Shown one piece after another: positions 25,835 to 39,499 of a DNA stretch of 64,000 nucleotides. Origin of the DNA: Lama guanicoe (Eukaryota); contig MU053559.1 of assembly GCA_013239625.1 (NCBI GenBank), positions 2,896,324 through 2,960,323 on the forward strand, in the 5' to 3' direction. The notes under the pieces were generated by a model. The model was not told the DNA's origin. It searched no databases and worked only from the letters and a program-made list of their open reading frames with translations. The position numbers and the translations under genes were made by a program. How positions within the stretch are numbered: the stretch's first letter is position 1; every line of letters starts with the position of its first letter.

Positions 25835-27750
25835 TTAACATTTGTATATCTTCCTTTGGAAACATCCGTTCAGATCTTTTGCCCATTTTAAAATTGGGTT
25901 ATTTGTCTTTTTAATATTGAGTTGTAAGAGTTCCTTATAGTCTAATACAAGTCCCTTATCAAATACATAATTTGCAATTATTTTCTCCCATTCTGTGTGT
26001 TGTCGTTTCACCTTCTAATGGTGAAACTTCTAGAGGCACAAGAGTTTTTAATTTTGATGAAGTCCAGTTTATATATATATATATTTTTCTCTTGTTGCTC
26101 ATGCTTTTAGTGCCATATCTAAAAATTCATTTGTGAACACAAGGCCATGAAGATTTACTGCTGTATTCTCTTCTAACAGTTTATAATTCTAACTCTTGCA
26201 TTTAGGCACTTGATCTTTTTTGAGTTAATTTTTGTATATGATGTGAGCGAAGGGTCCAAATTTGTTCTTTTGCTTGTGGATATTCTGTTGTTCCAGCGCC
26301 ATTTGTTGTAAAATGTATTCTTTCACAGTTGAATGGTCTTGGAATCCTTGTCAAAAATCAGTTTACCACAGACACACGGATTTATTTCTGATATCTAAAT
26401 TCTATTCCATTGATCTATATGCCTGTCCTTACACCAGTAGCACACTGTTTTGATTACTGTAGTTTTGACATAAGGAAGTGTAAATCCTCTAACTTTGTTC
26501 TTCTTTTAAAATATAATTTTGTCTATTCTATCTCCCTTCAAATTCCATAGAAATTTTAGAATCAGCTTGTGAATTTCTACAAGGAAGTCAGCTTCAATTC
26601 TGATAGGGTTGTGTTGAATCTAAAGATCAATTTGGGGAGTAGCCATCTTAACAATATTATGTTAATTATTCCAATCCATGAACATGTTTTTTCATTCATT
26701 TATATCTTCTTTAATTTCTCTCAGCAATGCTTTATAGTTCTCAGAGTTTAAGTTTTACACTTCTTTTGTTAAATTAATTCCTGAGTATTTTATTCTTTTT
26801 GATGGTATTATTAATTGAACCATTTTCTTAATTTCATTTTCGGATTGTTCATTACAAGTGTAGAAAAATATAATTGATTTTTGTATATTGATCTTGTTTT
26901 TTGCAATCTAGCTGAACTCATTTATTAGTTATGATTGTTCTTCAGTGGATTCTTTAGGAATTTTCATATCGAAGATGTTATCTGTGAACATACATAGTTT
27001 TACTTCCTTTCCAATCTAGGCAGCCTTTTATTTCTTTTGATTGCCTGATTGCCTTTGCTAGAACCTCCAGTACAATGTTGAATAAAAATGGCTAGAGCAG
27101 ATGTTCTTGTCTTGTTCCTGATTCTAGGAAGAAAGTAGCTGGTCTTTCACCATAAAATATATTTCCTGTTGATTTTTTACTATGACTTTTATCAGGTTGA
27201 GGAAGTCGCCTCTATTCCTACTTTGCTGAGTTTTTTCTTTTTTTAATCTTGAAAGGGTGTTGGATTTTGTCAAATGCTTTTTCTGTGTTTATGGAGATGA
27301 TCATGTGGTTTTTGTTTTTTATTCTGTTAATGTGGTGTATTATTACATTAATTGGGGTTTTTTAGATGTTAAACCTTGCATTCTTGAGATAAATCTCACT
27401 TAGTTATGATGTGTAATTCTTTTTATATGTTGTTGGATTCGGTATGTTGAGAATTTTTGCATCAATGTTCATAAGAGATATTGGTCTGTGGTTTTTCTTA
27501 TAGCGTCTTTGACTTTAAGGTCAGGATAATGTAGGGCTCATAGAATGAGTTAGGAATTGTTCTTTCCCCTTTCATTTTTTGGAAGAGTTTGAGAAGGACT
27601 GGTATTAATTATTCTTTAAATGCTTGATAGAATTCACCAGTGATGCCATTTGGTCCTGAATTTCTCTTTTGATAATTAATTTAATCTTGCTAATTATAGA
27701 TCCATTGACATTTTCTTTCTTCTCGAATCCATGTTGGTAGTTTGTGTCCT
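25835..27750 (-). mobile_element. Old L1 ORF2 (antisense), disrupted
   Basis: Long T-rich stretch whose reverse complement parallels the L1 ORF2 at 21.2-22.5 kb and 45.9-46.7 kb. Confidence 0.88.
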
Positions 27751-28988
27751 TCTACCACAGACTCTTATCTGTCCTTACCAAGTTTTAGTAGATTTTCTTG
27801 AATAAATGTTTCTTGATTTGCTGTAGCCCTTAGGACTGTTTCCAGAGGCTTTGAATGATTGTTTTTAAAAATTAATTTCACCAGTTTCTCTGGGGAAAGA
27901 TCTGTGGAGCTCTTCACACTGTCATTCTAAAAGTGGTAATCCTTGCCTTTGATTTTCATATTGATCCATGATGAATGGTTTTATGTATTTTCTCCTTTAG
28001 GCAAAAGTTAAGGTAATGAAAATTGTAGCCAATGTGAAATAATATTATAGGTTCAATTACCTTGATGAACTAGTAGATCAGTTTGAAGAATTTCCATGAA
28101 AAAACCATAAGTAATGGGTTAACATGGAATAAAAACCATACACAGAACATGGTGTCTGGGTGATTGAGTCACTGTGTCACAATGGGGTACACTTTCTTTC
28201 TTTCTTTCTTAACGTAACATGTGTTTAAATATGAGTATTTGATTTAGTCATTATTATGCCAAGTGGGAACAGACCTACAATTACTGGTTCAGCACAAAGG
28301 TTAAAAATTTTTCAGTCTCTTCACTTCTTACATAACCACCCAGTTTGGCATCCTTTTGCACCCTTTATTTCCCTCCTTTTAAGATAAAACTTTAGTAACC
28401 AATTTATATAATGGTTTGACTTATTCCATGGACTTGTTGAGTGGCCAGCTTTGCAGATATGTTTTTCAGGAAGAATTGTTAGTTTAATAACATTGATCCT
28501 TTCCAACAGTGATAATGGCAGGGCACTCTTCCTGGACAGTGAATTTCGAATAGTTTGCAATGGGGGAGCAAGATTGAACTTGCAGGACTGACCTAGCCTG
28601 AAGGTTTATAGAACCTACTCAGTGTTTACTCCTTACCAAAGATGATCAAAATGGTACTCTGTTTTAGTTCTCTCTCCTCTTAACAAACCTATTCCTGAGG
28701 TCTCTAGCTCATACACCATTTTAAAAATTGGAGACTATACAGAAAGAATTACCATTTCTTTACCATTTCTTTGGTTCTTTGGGAGCATTGCCCTGTGGCA
28801 TGAGGTCATGAGTTAATTTATCATGAATGATTGCTTTTCAGTCCAAATTATTATTGATGATATGTTTGAAATAAATACCAACCAAAGCATACAGAGCTAT
28901 TGTAGCATACTAGTAACTATAACAGAATGCAAAAAACTCCTAAGACAAAGTCTCCTCTGAGACATATCCTAGCAGAAATTAGGGAGTA

Positions 28989-29197
28989 CAGTTGGCCCTT
29001 TTTATCTGCAGGCTCCACGTCTATGGATTCAACCAAACCCAGATTCACAGTTGGTTGAACCCGCAGATGTAGAACCTGTGGATACAGAGGGCTGATTGTA
29101 CCGCCCTACTTTATATAAGGGACTTGAACATCCCCGGATTTAGATGTCTGCTGGGGAGTCCTGAAACCAGTCCACTGTGGATACTGAAGGATGACTG
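28989..29197. mobile_element. Tigger/MER2-family DNA transposon MITE
   Basis: TA target duplication on both sides; termini cagttggccct... and ...aaggatgactg. Confidence 0.8.
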
Positions 29198-30013
29198 TAT
29201 ATGGTTTTCTAGGATTGCTCTCCAGAAACTTTGCCACATCAAACTCCCTAGGGAATTTCCTTCAGAGCTAATTCTTGGGGACACACACACACACACACAC
29301 ATATAAATAAATAAATCTCAGTGCAAAATTTTTTTATAAAAGTCAATTCCCCACTGGGAGCATACTCGCCGGTGAAGTGATTTGTAGGCGACAAAAGCCT
29401 CTAGAGAATTGCTACTTCCTTTCAAAGATGTTTTGTTAAGGCTACAAAAAAATCACCCTCTTAATATGTTTTTGAAAAAATAAATTGGTAACAAATTTCA
29501 GTGTTTTAAAATTCTATTAAAATGCCAACTGATGTCTTTCAGGCAGGGCTTAGTTTATTTCAGCCTCCAGAGCAGTACTAATTTTCATTATTTGCAATGC
29601 AAGCACTCACACTTACAGAGAATTATAGGCATGCAGTTATATTTAAAGTGAATATTATGTAAGTATTGAAGGGTATGGAATTATATTCATTGAAACATAA
29701 TTAAAGTGCAGAGACATATAATAATAAGTGGGTGGAAGTATGTGCAATAATAATTCAAGGTAATCACTGCATTATGATTTGTGCTGCAGATTAGGGCAGA
29801 ATATAATGAGGTTTCCATTTAATTAGAGCACTTTAATTCTGAGCCAGATTAGAGGTGAAGGGTACTTTAGGGAAGTGCCAGTTCCTGTTCTGAAAAGATT
29901 CTAATTTGAGTTTAGAAGTAGCCAGTGAAATGAGATACAGAATTTTAACCTTTCACTCCATCACTTTGTTGTGTGTACACAGGGTAGAATCCCATGTTAA
30001 GATTGTGCAAACA

Positions 30014-30128
30014 GTGGGGTGGGTATAGCTCAGTGGTAAAACGCGTGCTGCTTAGCATGCACAAGGCCCTGTGTTTAATCCCCAGTACCACCATTTTAAA
30101 AAATAAAAAATTTAAAAAAAAATTTTAA
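30014..30128 (+). mobile_element. tRNA-Ala-derived SINE (Vic-1-like), short form
   Basis: A box; TSD aagattgtgcaaaca / aagactgtgcaaaca with one mismatch. Confidence 0.88.
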
Positions 30129-30989
30129 AAGACTGTGCAAACAATTCCTGAGTGGAACACCCAATTAACTCCCAATCAACACCATCTATCCCTCCTACCT
30201 CAGCTCACACTGTTCCTCCACAGAGAGCCTCTGCTCTGGCTGAATGGCCTTGGCCTTCGCCTTGGCACTAGAAATGCCGTGAACACTTGGAAATACCATG
30301 GGTACACTGAGAACATGTATGTCAAGGCACCTGGTACTGTTAAGACTTGGTGAAATGAGAGCCCAGGAGCAAGGGAGTTTTTCAGCTAGATTCTTCAGGG
30401 CTGCTCTGGGTTGGCCACGCTACCCTGTATCTAGCCACATCCTCTGATTCCTAGGAGGCCTTGAATTCCAACTTCTTTCAGCCCAACCAAGCGGCCCTGC
30501 CAGGATCCACTTGTGTGAGAAAAGTGATACCCTGTCCTGGCCCTCTTAAATCACTGCCCAGGCGGTTTCTAAGCCTTTCTACCCCCTGGTCAAGGCTCTG
30601 TACAGTCCTGAAGTGCCCAGAGGCTAAGTAATTCTCCCTTCTCAGTCCCTTGTTGGAACAGCTTCCCACACTCTCCCCCTTGGTGAGTGAGGAGGGCATC
30701 AAAAGTTACTTCTAGCTCTGAATTCCTCTGACTCCATCTGTGTGACTCACAAAACAATTCGTGGATGGATGCTGAAGTCATACGTCATAAACTAGTCTTC
30801 CCAATGACATTGTAAGCTCTCTGTGAGGACAACTCCCTCAAGGCTCTTTATCCTCAATGGCCAGCACAGTGCCAGTTGCCTAGAGTGGTTATTTATATAG
30901 TTTATATATATTTATATTTATATAGTTGAGAGTGTGGGATCATTCTGCGCAAGATTCAGTACAAAGAGGGGTTTGGACTGGCAGGCTCC

Positions 30990-31720
30990 ACCTTAACCAA
31001 GTGATCAAAGTTAACATCACCAGTCATGGAACCAACTGACATTCTGCCCATCCTACTAGAATACACAGTAAAAGACACTGCATCATTTTGCTAGTAGTCT
31101 TGCCAAGAATGGATAACCTGAATCTAAACGGGGAAACATCAGATATACCAAACTGAGCCATATTCTGTAGAATCACTGGCTTAGACTCTTCAGCCATGTC
31201 AGGATCATGAAAGACCAGGAAGGACTGAGGAAATGCTCCTGGTTAAAAATGACTAAAGTAATGTGACAACTGAACGCAGCATGTGATCAAAGCACTGATG
31301 CCGAACCACAAGACTTTTTTTCTATAGCAGACATAATTGGAAGAATTGGCAGACTCTAAGATCTGAGGATCTGATAATAGTATTGTTTCAATGTTAATTG
31401 ACAGTACAGTGACAATTATCCTGTGTTTTTCTAAGAGAATGTCCTTGTTTTTAAGGAACACACTGAAGTATTTAGGGGTAAAGAAACTTCATGTGTGCAA
31501 TCCACTCTCAAATGGTTCCAGAAAATGATGATTATATATAGTATAAGTGTGCATTATATATTAACACTCACATATAAGCATATATATACACACACAGGAA
31601 GAGAAGAATAAAGCAAATTATGGTAAAATGCTAACATTTGGAGATTCTGAGAACAGAGTATATGAAATTCTCTGTACTCTTCTTGCACCTTGAAGTCTAA
31701 AATTATAGCAAAATAAAAGT
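30990..31720 (+). mobile_element. Old L1MC-like 3' UTR
   Basis: Collinear similarity with 42620-43490 and 11500-12050. Confidence 0.7.
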
Positions 31721-33199
31721 TTTGTTTGTTTTTGTTATTTTTTAAAGTGTGAACTCTGGTATCAGGCTCACTAGGTTGGAATCCCAGCTTTGACACTTAA
31801 CCAGAGGGACCACAGGCAAGTTATTGGGCCTCTGCTACACTCAGCTTCCTCATCTGTATTCTGAGGATAGTAGTACTGCCTTGAGTGAGCTGCTGTAAAG
31901 TGGTCAGCAGGTGCTTGGCCCAGAGGAAGCCCTTGGTGAATGGTAGCTTCCATTATGAAATGGCCCAGTCCACAATTTCCTGCTGCTTATGACAAGGATG
32001 ATGTTGGGGAATTACAAATGACTTGGAGGGAACACCAGATGAGTCTCTTGCCTACTTCCAAGGGGCCTCGCTAGCTTCTCTGGGTCCTGAAAGCCCATGG
32101 GGACTCTTGCCTCTAATTTTTAAGATTGTTAGATGTCATATTAAAGAGGGTTTAGTTAGCTTTGGACCCCCATCCAGGGCTCAGGGTCAGTAGGATGATC
32201 TGTCACCCTACAGGTAGGTGACACATGGCTACCCACAGGGACTCTACCAGACTCATTCCCAGAATGGACTTCAACACGTGTGTCACATGTGCTTTGGGCC
32301 AGATGCAGACAACTGTCCTCTCTTACTCAACAGAGAGCTATTCTGAATAGTTTAGAATCTCATTTGCTTTCTTGAACCTGAGTTCTAAACTCAGAGTGAT
32401 ATCTACATGGGAGAGAGAGGAATAATTATAGAATCATCTAGACCAAGTCCCTTATTTTACCAAAGAAAAGACCGAGGACCAGAAATCCAGTGAGATAAGT
32501 TCGAGATTACTCCCCACGTTCTAGCACAGAGAGGGCTGGAACAAGACTCCTAACTCTTGTGTCATTGTCGTTGCCACCAGGCCACATTGCTTTGCAGTAT
32601 TGGGATGGGTACAGTCAAGGAATTTGGAAAAGCACATGTGAAGGGAACAACATGAATGAGGGCCAGTGTTCCCCCTCCTAGGCTCCTGCCAGTCAGAACT
32701 AGAGGGCTTGTCTTCTGAGACACCGTTTGCCAGGACCCCATGTCATCGTAATACAGGCAAAATAAGATGGCAACATTTGCTGACATCTGGGCGGTAGCTC
32801 TCTGAGACCCAGGTAGTGAATTTCATGTTCCCTCAAATTTAGTTGTGTTTCTATTCCACTGACCAAAATAAAGTGATCGGATTTCATTACACCATTGGCT
32901 CCCCTGATTTTTATACCTTCTTTCTTATTTCTTAATCCAGAGGCTTATTACCACTTTCTCTGGTTCTAGTTTCTGCCACGCTGCTTCAGCAATCTGAGTT
33001 TCTGCTTTGCTATGACCATCTTAGACTTGAGATGTGAAGTGTGCCTTCAATGTTAGGTTCACAGCTGACCTTGACCTTGACTAATTCAGGGAGTCCAGGA
33101 CTGCTGTAGAAGGAAAACTCAGAGTTGACTTTTGTTCTATGGTTAAGAAATCTATTTCCAAAAACAACTGGAACATAGACTTGAAAATCATAGACTCTT

Positions 33200-36100
33200 G
33201 GAGCTGGACATTTCTTTAAAACTCATTCCATCCATTTTTTTGTTGTCTCAAATACCTGAAAATAGGGACAATCAATTTTTATCAAAGTTTCCTGGAAAGA
33301 AAGTGGTACAATTAACATAGAAAATAATAGGAAAAATTGTTTTTCCCTTCCAGCATATGGCTGTTACCTTGAGGGAGGGTCTCAAGGCTGAAGAACTGAG
33401 AATCTGATGGCAACCAGATTCTAGAATGTTCGAAAAAAGCAATTTGTTTTGACAGAAGCATGCACCCGTAAGAAAGCAAAGCAGATTTCTGAATTCACTA
33501 TGAGGCTCATGTTATTTGCTTGGCAAGGTGTTAAGACACATTTTAGAATCTTGCTTAGGCCTCTAATGCAGGGCTATGGTGAATATCACATGTGATGCCC
33601 TTGCAAGTATCTTTACTTTGAATACATATATAACCAAAGTATCAGGCATCAGCATCTCTAAATTTGAATTTTAAAACATTGGTATTATAAAAATATCAAA
33701 CATACCCAAAGTCCAGAATCTTGACCCTCAGCTCTTAGATCTAAAGGTATTCTCTTAAGGGAAAACATTTAGCTACCTAAGCTATTAGATTCTCTGTTGG
33801 TAAGAGTGATGCCTTTCGGTAGAGAAAAGTCATAAAACATAAAGGTGATGAATTTTCTTTTCTCCATTTAATGATTTGGAAAGTTCTGCTGGAAAGGGGA
33901 GCGCTTCGCTTCCGGCAACCCTGGCATCCAGCAGAGGTATGCAGCCTGCCACTTGTCCCCAGAGCAGACGCCCAATGGCAGAGGACCCCCAAGGAGTCAG
34001 CTGCCTTCATCTCTTCCTTTGAGCCACTGACAGCAGTCAGCATTTGCTCAAGGGGAGAATGGAGAAGAAGCAATTGCCCAGAAACCAGAGTGCTCTGCTA
34101 AATTTCAAGAAGGAAGGTTTTTAAGATTAGAACTTGGTTAAGTGGCCCTGCATAAAACTAAAGTTTGAAAACTACGGACGTGGAGTAAAACAGACGTCTG
34201 AATATCTCAGAGGGCCCAAATGTCTTTTTTCTTAAAAATCTGGTTTGGTTGATTCTGTTCTATTCCTTTAGCCTCCCCCTGGAGTCAAGATCTCACTCTT
34301 AGCCATTGCAATAACTGGCTCAGTGGTCTTGAATCTCATCGTCATCCAATCCAGACTCCATACTGGTGCTTGGCTTGCTTTAATTTAAAAAAGGAAAAAA
34401 AAAGCTTTGTGGAAAATTGGAGGCAGTCAAGATGTCCAATAGCAGGAAAATAGTTGGAGGCACTTTGTTCAGCCATGTGATGAAGTAATAATTGTGTAGC
34501 CATTGAAGGCTAAGCTTTGGAAGAATTCTTCATGACCCGGGGAATGGTCATGATATGGCACTGAGTGACAGAAGAGGTGTGGCCTATGTGATCTCAATCA
34601 GGTCACCCGGATTTTTGTATAAACTTAGCTATGCTTGTCACATTTGGAAAGGTGAGAAGGCACTGTCTATCACCAAACAGAAAATCTTACTATAGACCAA
34701 ATTTTCTCAGCTGGAGTCTTGTGAGAGAATTAAACCCTAAGGCATCCATTGTATGTAATAACTTAATTTCTCTTCGATCTCTCCAGAATGGACTAGTTAT
34801 GTACCATATTTGGAAGAATTGAGAAAATGATCCCTTGAATCATTTTTCTAAGTTGCATGGTTTAGAAGAGGATCCCAGCTATAGACCATTATACATGTGC
34901 GCAGAGTCTAGATAATGGGGCCAAACAGTCTTACTTTTGCCATCAAGTCAACTATCATCAGAGTCATTCTCATTTGGGCATCAGAGGCCTCCATGCCCGT
35001 TCTCTCCCCCAGTGCCATGATCCCCTAGGTGCATTCCTTGGCCCAACATCCCCCCTCCCCCAAGCCCAGATTTTTGTTCCCAAGTGCCAGTTGACTGGGA
35101 ACTCAGGTCCTGGGGTGAGGTGGCAGAAACTGGACCAAACACTGGGAAGAAAATATTAAAGGGAAGAAAGAATTTCATAAGGTGGATAGAAGCCATGGGG
35201 ATGTTCAAGGCATTAGAAACGGTGAGTAAGGGAGTCAGAATGTGAAGCAAATAGTATTTGTCTTCTCATCCGTTCACCCATTTATTTATTCAACATAAAT
35301 TTCCTAAGAATCTACTAAGTTGCAGGCAGGTACTGAGCTGGGCACCGAAGATACAGTGATAAGACAGATGCTATTCTATGCCTCATGGCAAAGAATTTAC
35401 TCACTAGGCAGGCTAAACAATAGGAGAAATAACAAGGTTTTACAAATTCTAGAGGAAAGCCACATTTATCCAAAACTTTGCAGACAAGCAGAGAAAATAA
35501 TAAATAAATTGTGATCAGATTGCCCAGCGCTAATGGCTCCTGAGATCTGCCTCCCTCTCCCCCAATCTGGAGTCTACCAAGCATCTCTTAATGTGCTGGA
35601 CAGGAATAGATGGATCAGGAGTTCACACTGAGGGGAGGGAGCCAGGGCTCAGCCTGAGGGAAGGGACATCATGGGGAGAGGACATTTGCTGTCGGCACTC
35701 AGCAGTGCCCCTTGTGCTGTCTCATAGTGGGACTGCCCAAGGGACTTGATCTAGGTTTCTAAAGGAAAATGGAGACTCTGACTGAAGTGGTGGTCCTCTG
35801 CCTCTAGGACTTCAGGAAGAACCTGAGGGTAGGGATGCTGGACCCTGCTTTGTGCCCCTGAACAAAGGCACCCCAGGGCATTATGGGCCCTCCCCACCTT
35901 TCAGGTCAAGATGCAGCACAGCCTGGTTAGGAAGGATAGAATCTAGGGGCCCAGAGAGGTACCTGGGGTTGGGCTTGGCAAGTATCAGCATGCAAACCAG
36001 AAGATGGATAGTGAAAGGTAGCAAGGAGAGGGCAACTCACAGGATGTGAGTGAGGTCTCCAAGGACCCTCAAATTGTCAGGGAGGGAAAGAAGTAGTTCT

Positions 36101-38520
36101 GGGATTCCAGTGAACTTTGAGATCTGGAGTGTGACTGTAATTTCTCACTGTAATGAGCCTTGTTTCTTCCTTTGGGGGTGTAGGGCAATGCAAGTTACAT
36201 GTGGAACAAACCCTCAAATCCAGGATGATCTCCCCATTTCCCTCTTTCTAATTAATTATTCAGAGCCCACGTCCCTCCAAGGACGAAGAGGAATGACATC
36301 CACTTTGCCCGCTCCCTCTCTCCCACAGGTGCTTGCTTTTGAGCAAAAGCTTATTTCCCCTTATAGTAGGTGGGATCCTCCTATTGGCATGGTAGTTGAG
36401 TGAGACTGTTTCTGGGCACTGAAAATCACAAAGCAGACAGGCTGGCTCCAGGAGAAGGGGACGGGAGGACTGAGGCCCTATCCGCATTCAGCTAGAACGG
36501 CCAACACTACGATCCCAGTGCACGGAAGGCCCCCCTCTTTCTCTCCCTGCTTCAGGCTGTAGCAGCTGGCCCTCGGGGCCCCATTACCTCGAAAAAGTCA
36601 GACTATCCCATATTCTGCTTACAGAGTGAGCGGCATTGTCCCTGTCATGGAACCCATGATTTGTTTTTTCACATGGACCATCAGCTCCTTGCCCATTAAG
36701 GGGAAGGATTGATCTCATTTCTTTGGCGTTTGAGTCTTCCCTCCAAAGGTTAAAAGGTTGTCTGTTTTTGGTTTTGATAATAATTCAAAGCAAAGACATT
36801 CATTCACCTCACATCTTACAAATCAAGCGTTCTTGACTCTGAAGTGATTTTCTGGGTTCAGTGTCTCAGAACCATAATAATTGAGTTGGCAATATGAAAA
36901 GTCATTTACAATGAAAGTATGATGAGGCTCCTCTTCATTTGATACTAGAAATGTCTTCCATAAATCCAGCTTATTAAAACAATGAGTCTTTCATAATATC
37001 TATGCAATTTTCAAATGAGATGGTCATAAAATTGCCATAAAATATTAAATGTCTATTTTCTGTTGATGATAATGATGCAAATATTGATGTAGGCCCACTA
37101 AGATACACCAAGCCAATGCTTATCAAAAAAAAGATGATTTTTTTTCCTTTTCCATTATAGTTTATTACAAGATATTGATTATAGTTCCCTGTGCTATGCG
37201 GTACGGCCTTGTTTCTCTATTTTATATATAGTAGTTAGTATCTGCTAATCTCAAACTTCTAATTTATCCCTCCTCCTACCCCTTTCCCTCCTGGTAACCA
37301 TAAGTTTGTTTTCTGTCTGTGAGTCTCTTTCTGTTTTGTAAATAAGTTCATTTATATCATTTTTTTAGATTCCACATGTAAGTGATATCATACAATATTT
37401 ATCTTTCTATGTCTGACTTACTTCACTTAGTATGATAATCTCTAGGTCCAGATAGATGGTGATATTCAACTGTTTCTTTATACCATACATAAATAGGATG
37501 ATGTGCTTTTATTTCACTTTTTCGTAGTCATTTCTAGTTAGAAGAGACCTCCTCTGTATTAATGAGTGTGGCATTCATACATCTCATTTTTATAGTTATA
37601 TATTTTATCAAGATACAGTTCACATATCATATAATTCATCTATTTAAAGTATATAATTCAGTGGTTTTGAGTCACTTTCCTTCTCCCCCAATTAATTCCC
37701 CTTGCCATCCTCACCAAACACTAATTTACTTTCTATCTCTAAAGACTTGTCTTTTCTGGACATTTCATATAAATAGAATCATACAATATGTGGTCTTTTG
37801 TGAATGGTTTCTTTCTCTTAGCATAATGTTTTCAAGGTTTATCTGTATTGTGGTATGTAATAGTACTTCATTTTTATTTTTTTAAATTAAAAAAAATTTT
37901 TTTACTTCATCTTTATAGCTGAATGTACATTTTTGCACATTTTATGTTGAAGGTGCTATGCAATACATTTTCATGACCAATCACTCACTTATACATTCGC
38001 TCCTCAACAAACATACACATGCAAGGCATCATGTAGGTGCTTCAGGGAATAAAGATGGAACAAAATGATTCTTGATGCTCAGAAGTTCACAACTGTTAGT
38101 GAGGGTAGAGATGCGAAAAGAGTGAATCAAAATGGCGCCCAGAAGAGAATAAATGCGAAATAAAGATGTGATTGTTGTGCTGTGAGAGTGAAGAGAAAGG
38201 AGCAGCTACTTGGAGCTTCAGTACTGAGAGAACTTCATGAAAAAACTGGTAATTTAGCCCAATCACCAGGAATCAGCACTGCAAGCAGCTACCTGAGCCT
38301 CCCCCGACATAGGAAGCCGTCTTTTCAAAGACTGATCCAATTTCCTCCTTAAAGATAAACTTGATAGTGGCCTCTGTTGCTATTTGATAGAGAAGTAATC
38401 AAATTTCTCCCACAACAGAGCAGAAAACGAGAGAATTTATGTGAATATACTTTACAAAGCCCACAATAACTTACAACTCTGAAGCGTTCCTTATGCATGT
38501 TCTTATTTTTAAGAACCCCT
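33200..38520 (-). pseudogene. Decayed intron-containing protein-kinase-like gene (core exons: one ending at 38293; 37097-36588; 33657-33368; one starting at 33255)
   Basis: Manual translation gives FEKTASYVGGGS^VGLHQYLH (subdomain V-like), IVL/NKLDLWKTFLV...IVNDFSYC (VIb-VII-like), WDSLTFSR^DADA*YFGYI (IX-like) and LRPSLK^VFE (XI-like). Junctions are GT-AG and phase-compatible; there are multiple stops and frameshifts. Confidence 0.55.
37140..37450 (-). mobile_element. L1 3' end fragment (antisense)
   Basis: Same family text as 54010-54445 and 7215-7368. Confidence 0.85.
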
Positions 38521-38911
38521 ACATCATGAACGTTAATGACTCTGAAGGGACCACTTGGTGACTCTGGAGCACTTGGAGACCTGAGTTCTCTCACCTCTTC
38601 GCTGGGTTCTCTGAAGTTATCACCACTGCAGCTTCGGTGTGGGCATTGGCTTTGCGGATCTTGTTCTGATGAAACCCAAACAGTGGTGCTACCCAGGACC
38701 CTTGCTCTCATAAGAGCTTCTTCACTGTCAGGCCTTTGGAAAGGGGTCGTCAGCCGTTCCTTCTCTTCCTCTGTTTCAGAATCATCCCCCCACCTAGTCA
38801 GCATACACATGAAACTTGATGCATCTGGGGCAATGCCAGGAAGATTTGCTTGCTGGCTAGAATGATTCGGAGGAAATAGAATTAGGTCTGGAGTTGCCAT
38901 ATTAAGAAGCC

Positions 38912-39499
38912 TGGTGTTTCAAAATGTTCCCACAAATTCTTGGAGGCTACAGCTACCAAGGTGGAGTCTCTCCCCTCCGCTTGAATGTGAGTTGGTCTTT
39001 GGTGACTCATGTCTAACAAAATGCGGAGGACGTGACATCGAGTGACTAGTGACGCTGGGTCATAAAAGGGAATACAGCTTCTGCCAGGTTCTTGTTCTCT
39101 TGGAACACTTGCCTTGGGACCTCGGACCCATCATACACGAAGTCTGGCTTCCGGGAGGCCTTCATGCTAGAGAGACCACATAGAGAGACCATACAGAGAG
39201 AGAGCCGTCTGAGGAGCAACAGTGGTCCCAGCCCACAGCTGTGTATTTCCCCAGCATCAACCTCCAGACGAGTGAGTGGGTGAGCCTTGGATAGTTCCAG
39301 CCCCCAGCCTTCCAGCCGCCCTTGCTCATGCCAAGTGGAGCTGGCCTTCGAGTCACCTCAGCTGACACGGAGCAGAACAGTGACGAGCTGTCCCTGCCGA
39401 GCTCTGCTCAGATTGCAGATTTGTAAGCAAAATAAATGTTGCTGTTTTCAACCACTAAGTTTTGGGGTGATTTATTACACAGCTGAGGAACTGGAATAC
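38912..39499 (+). mobile_element. MLT1F/G-like MaLR solo LTR
   Basis: Typical 3' end: aaaataaatgttgctgttttcaaccactaagttttggggtgatttattacacagc...ggaatac. Confidence 0.8.
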
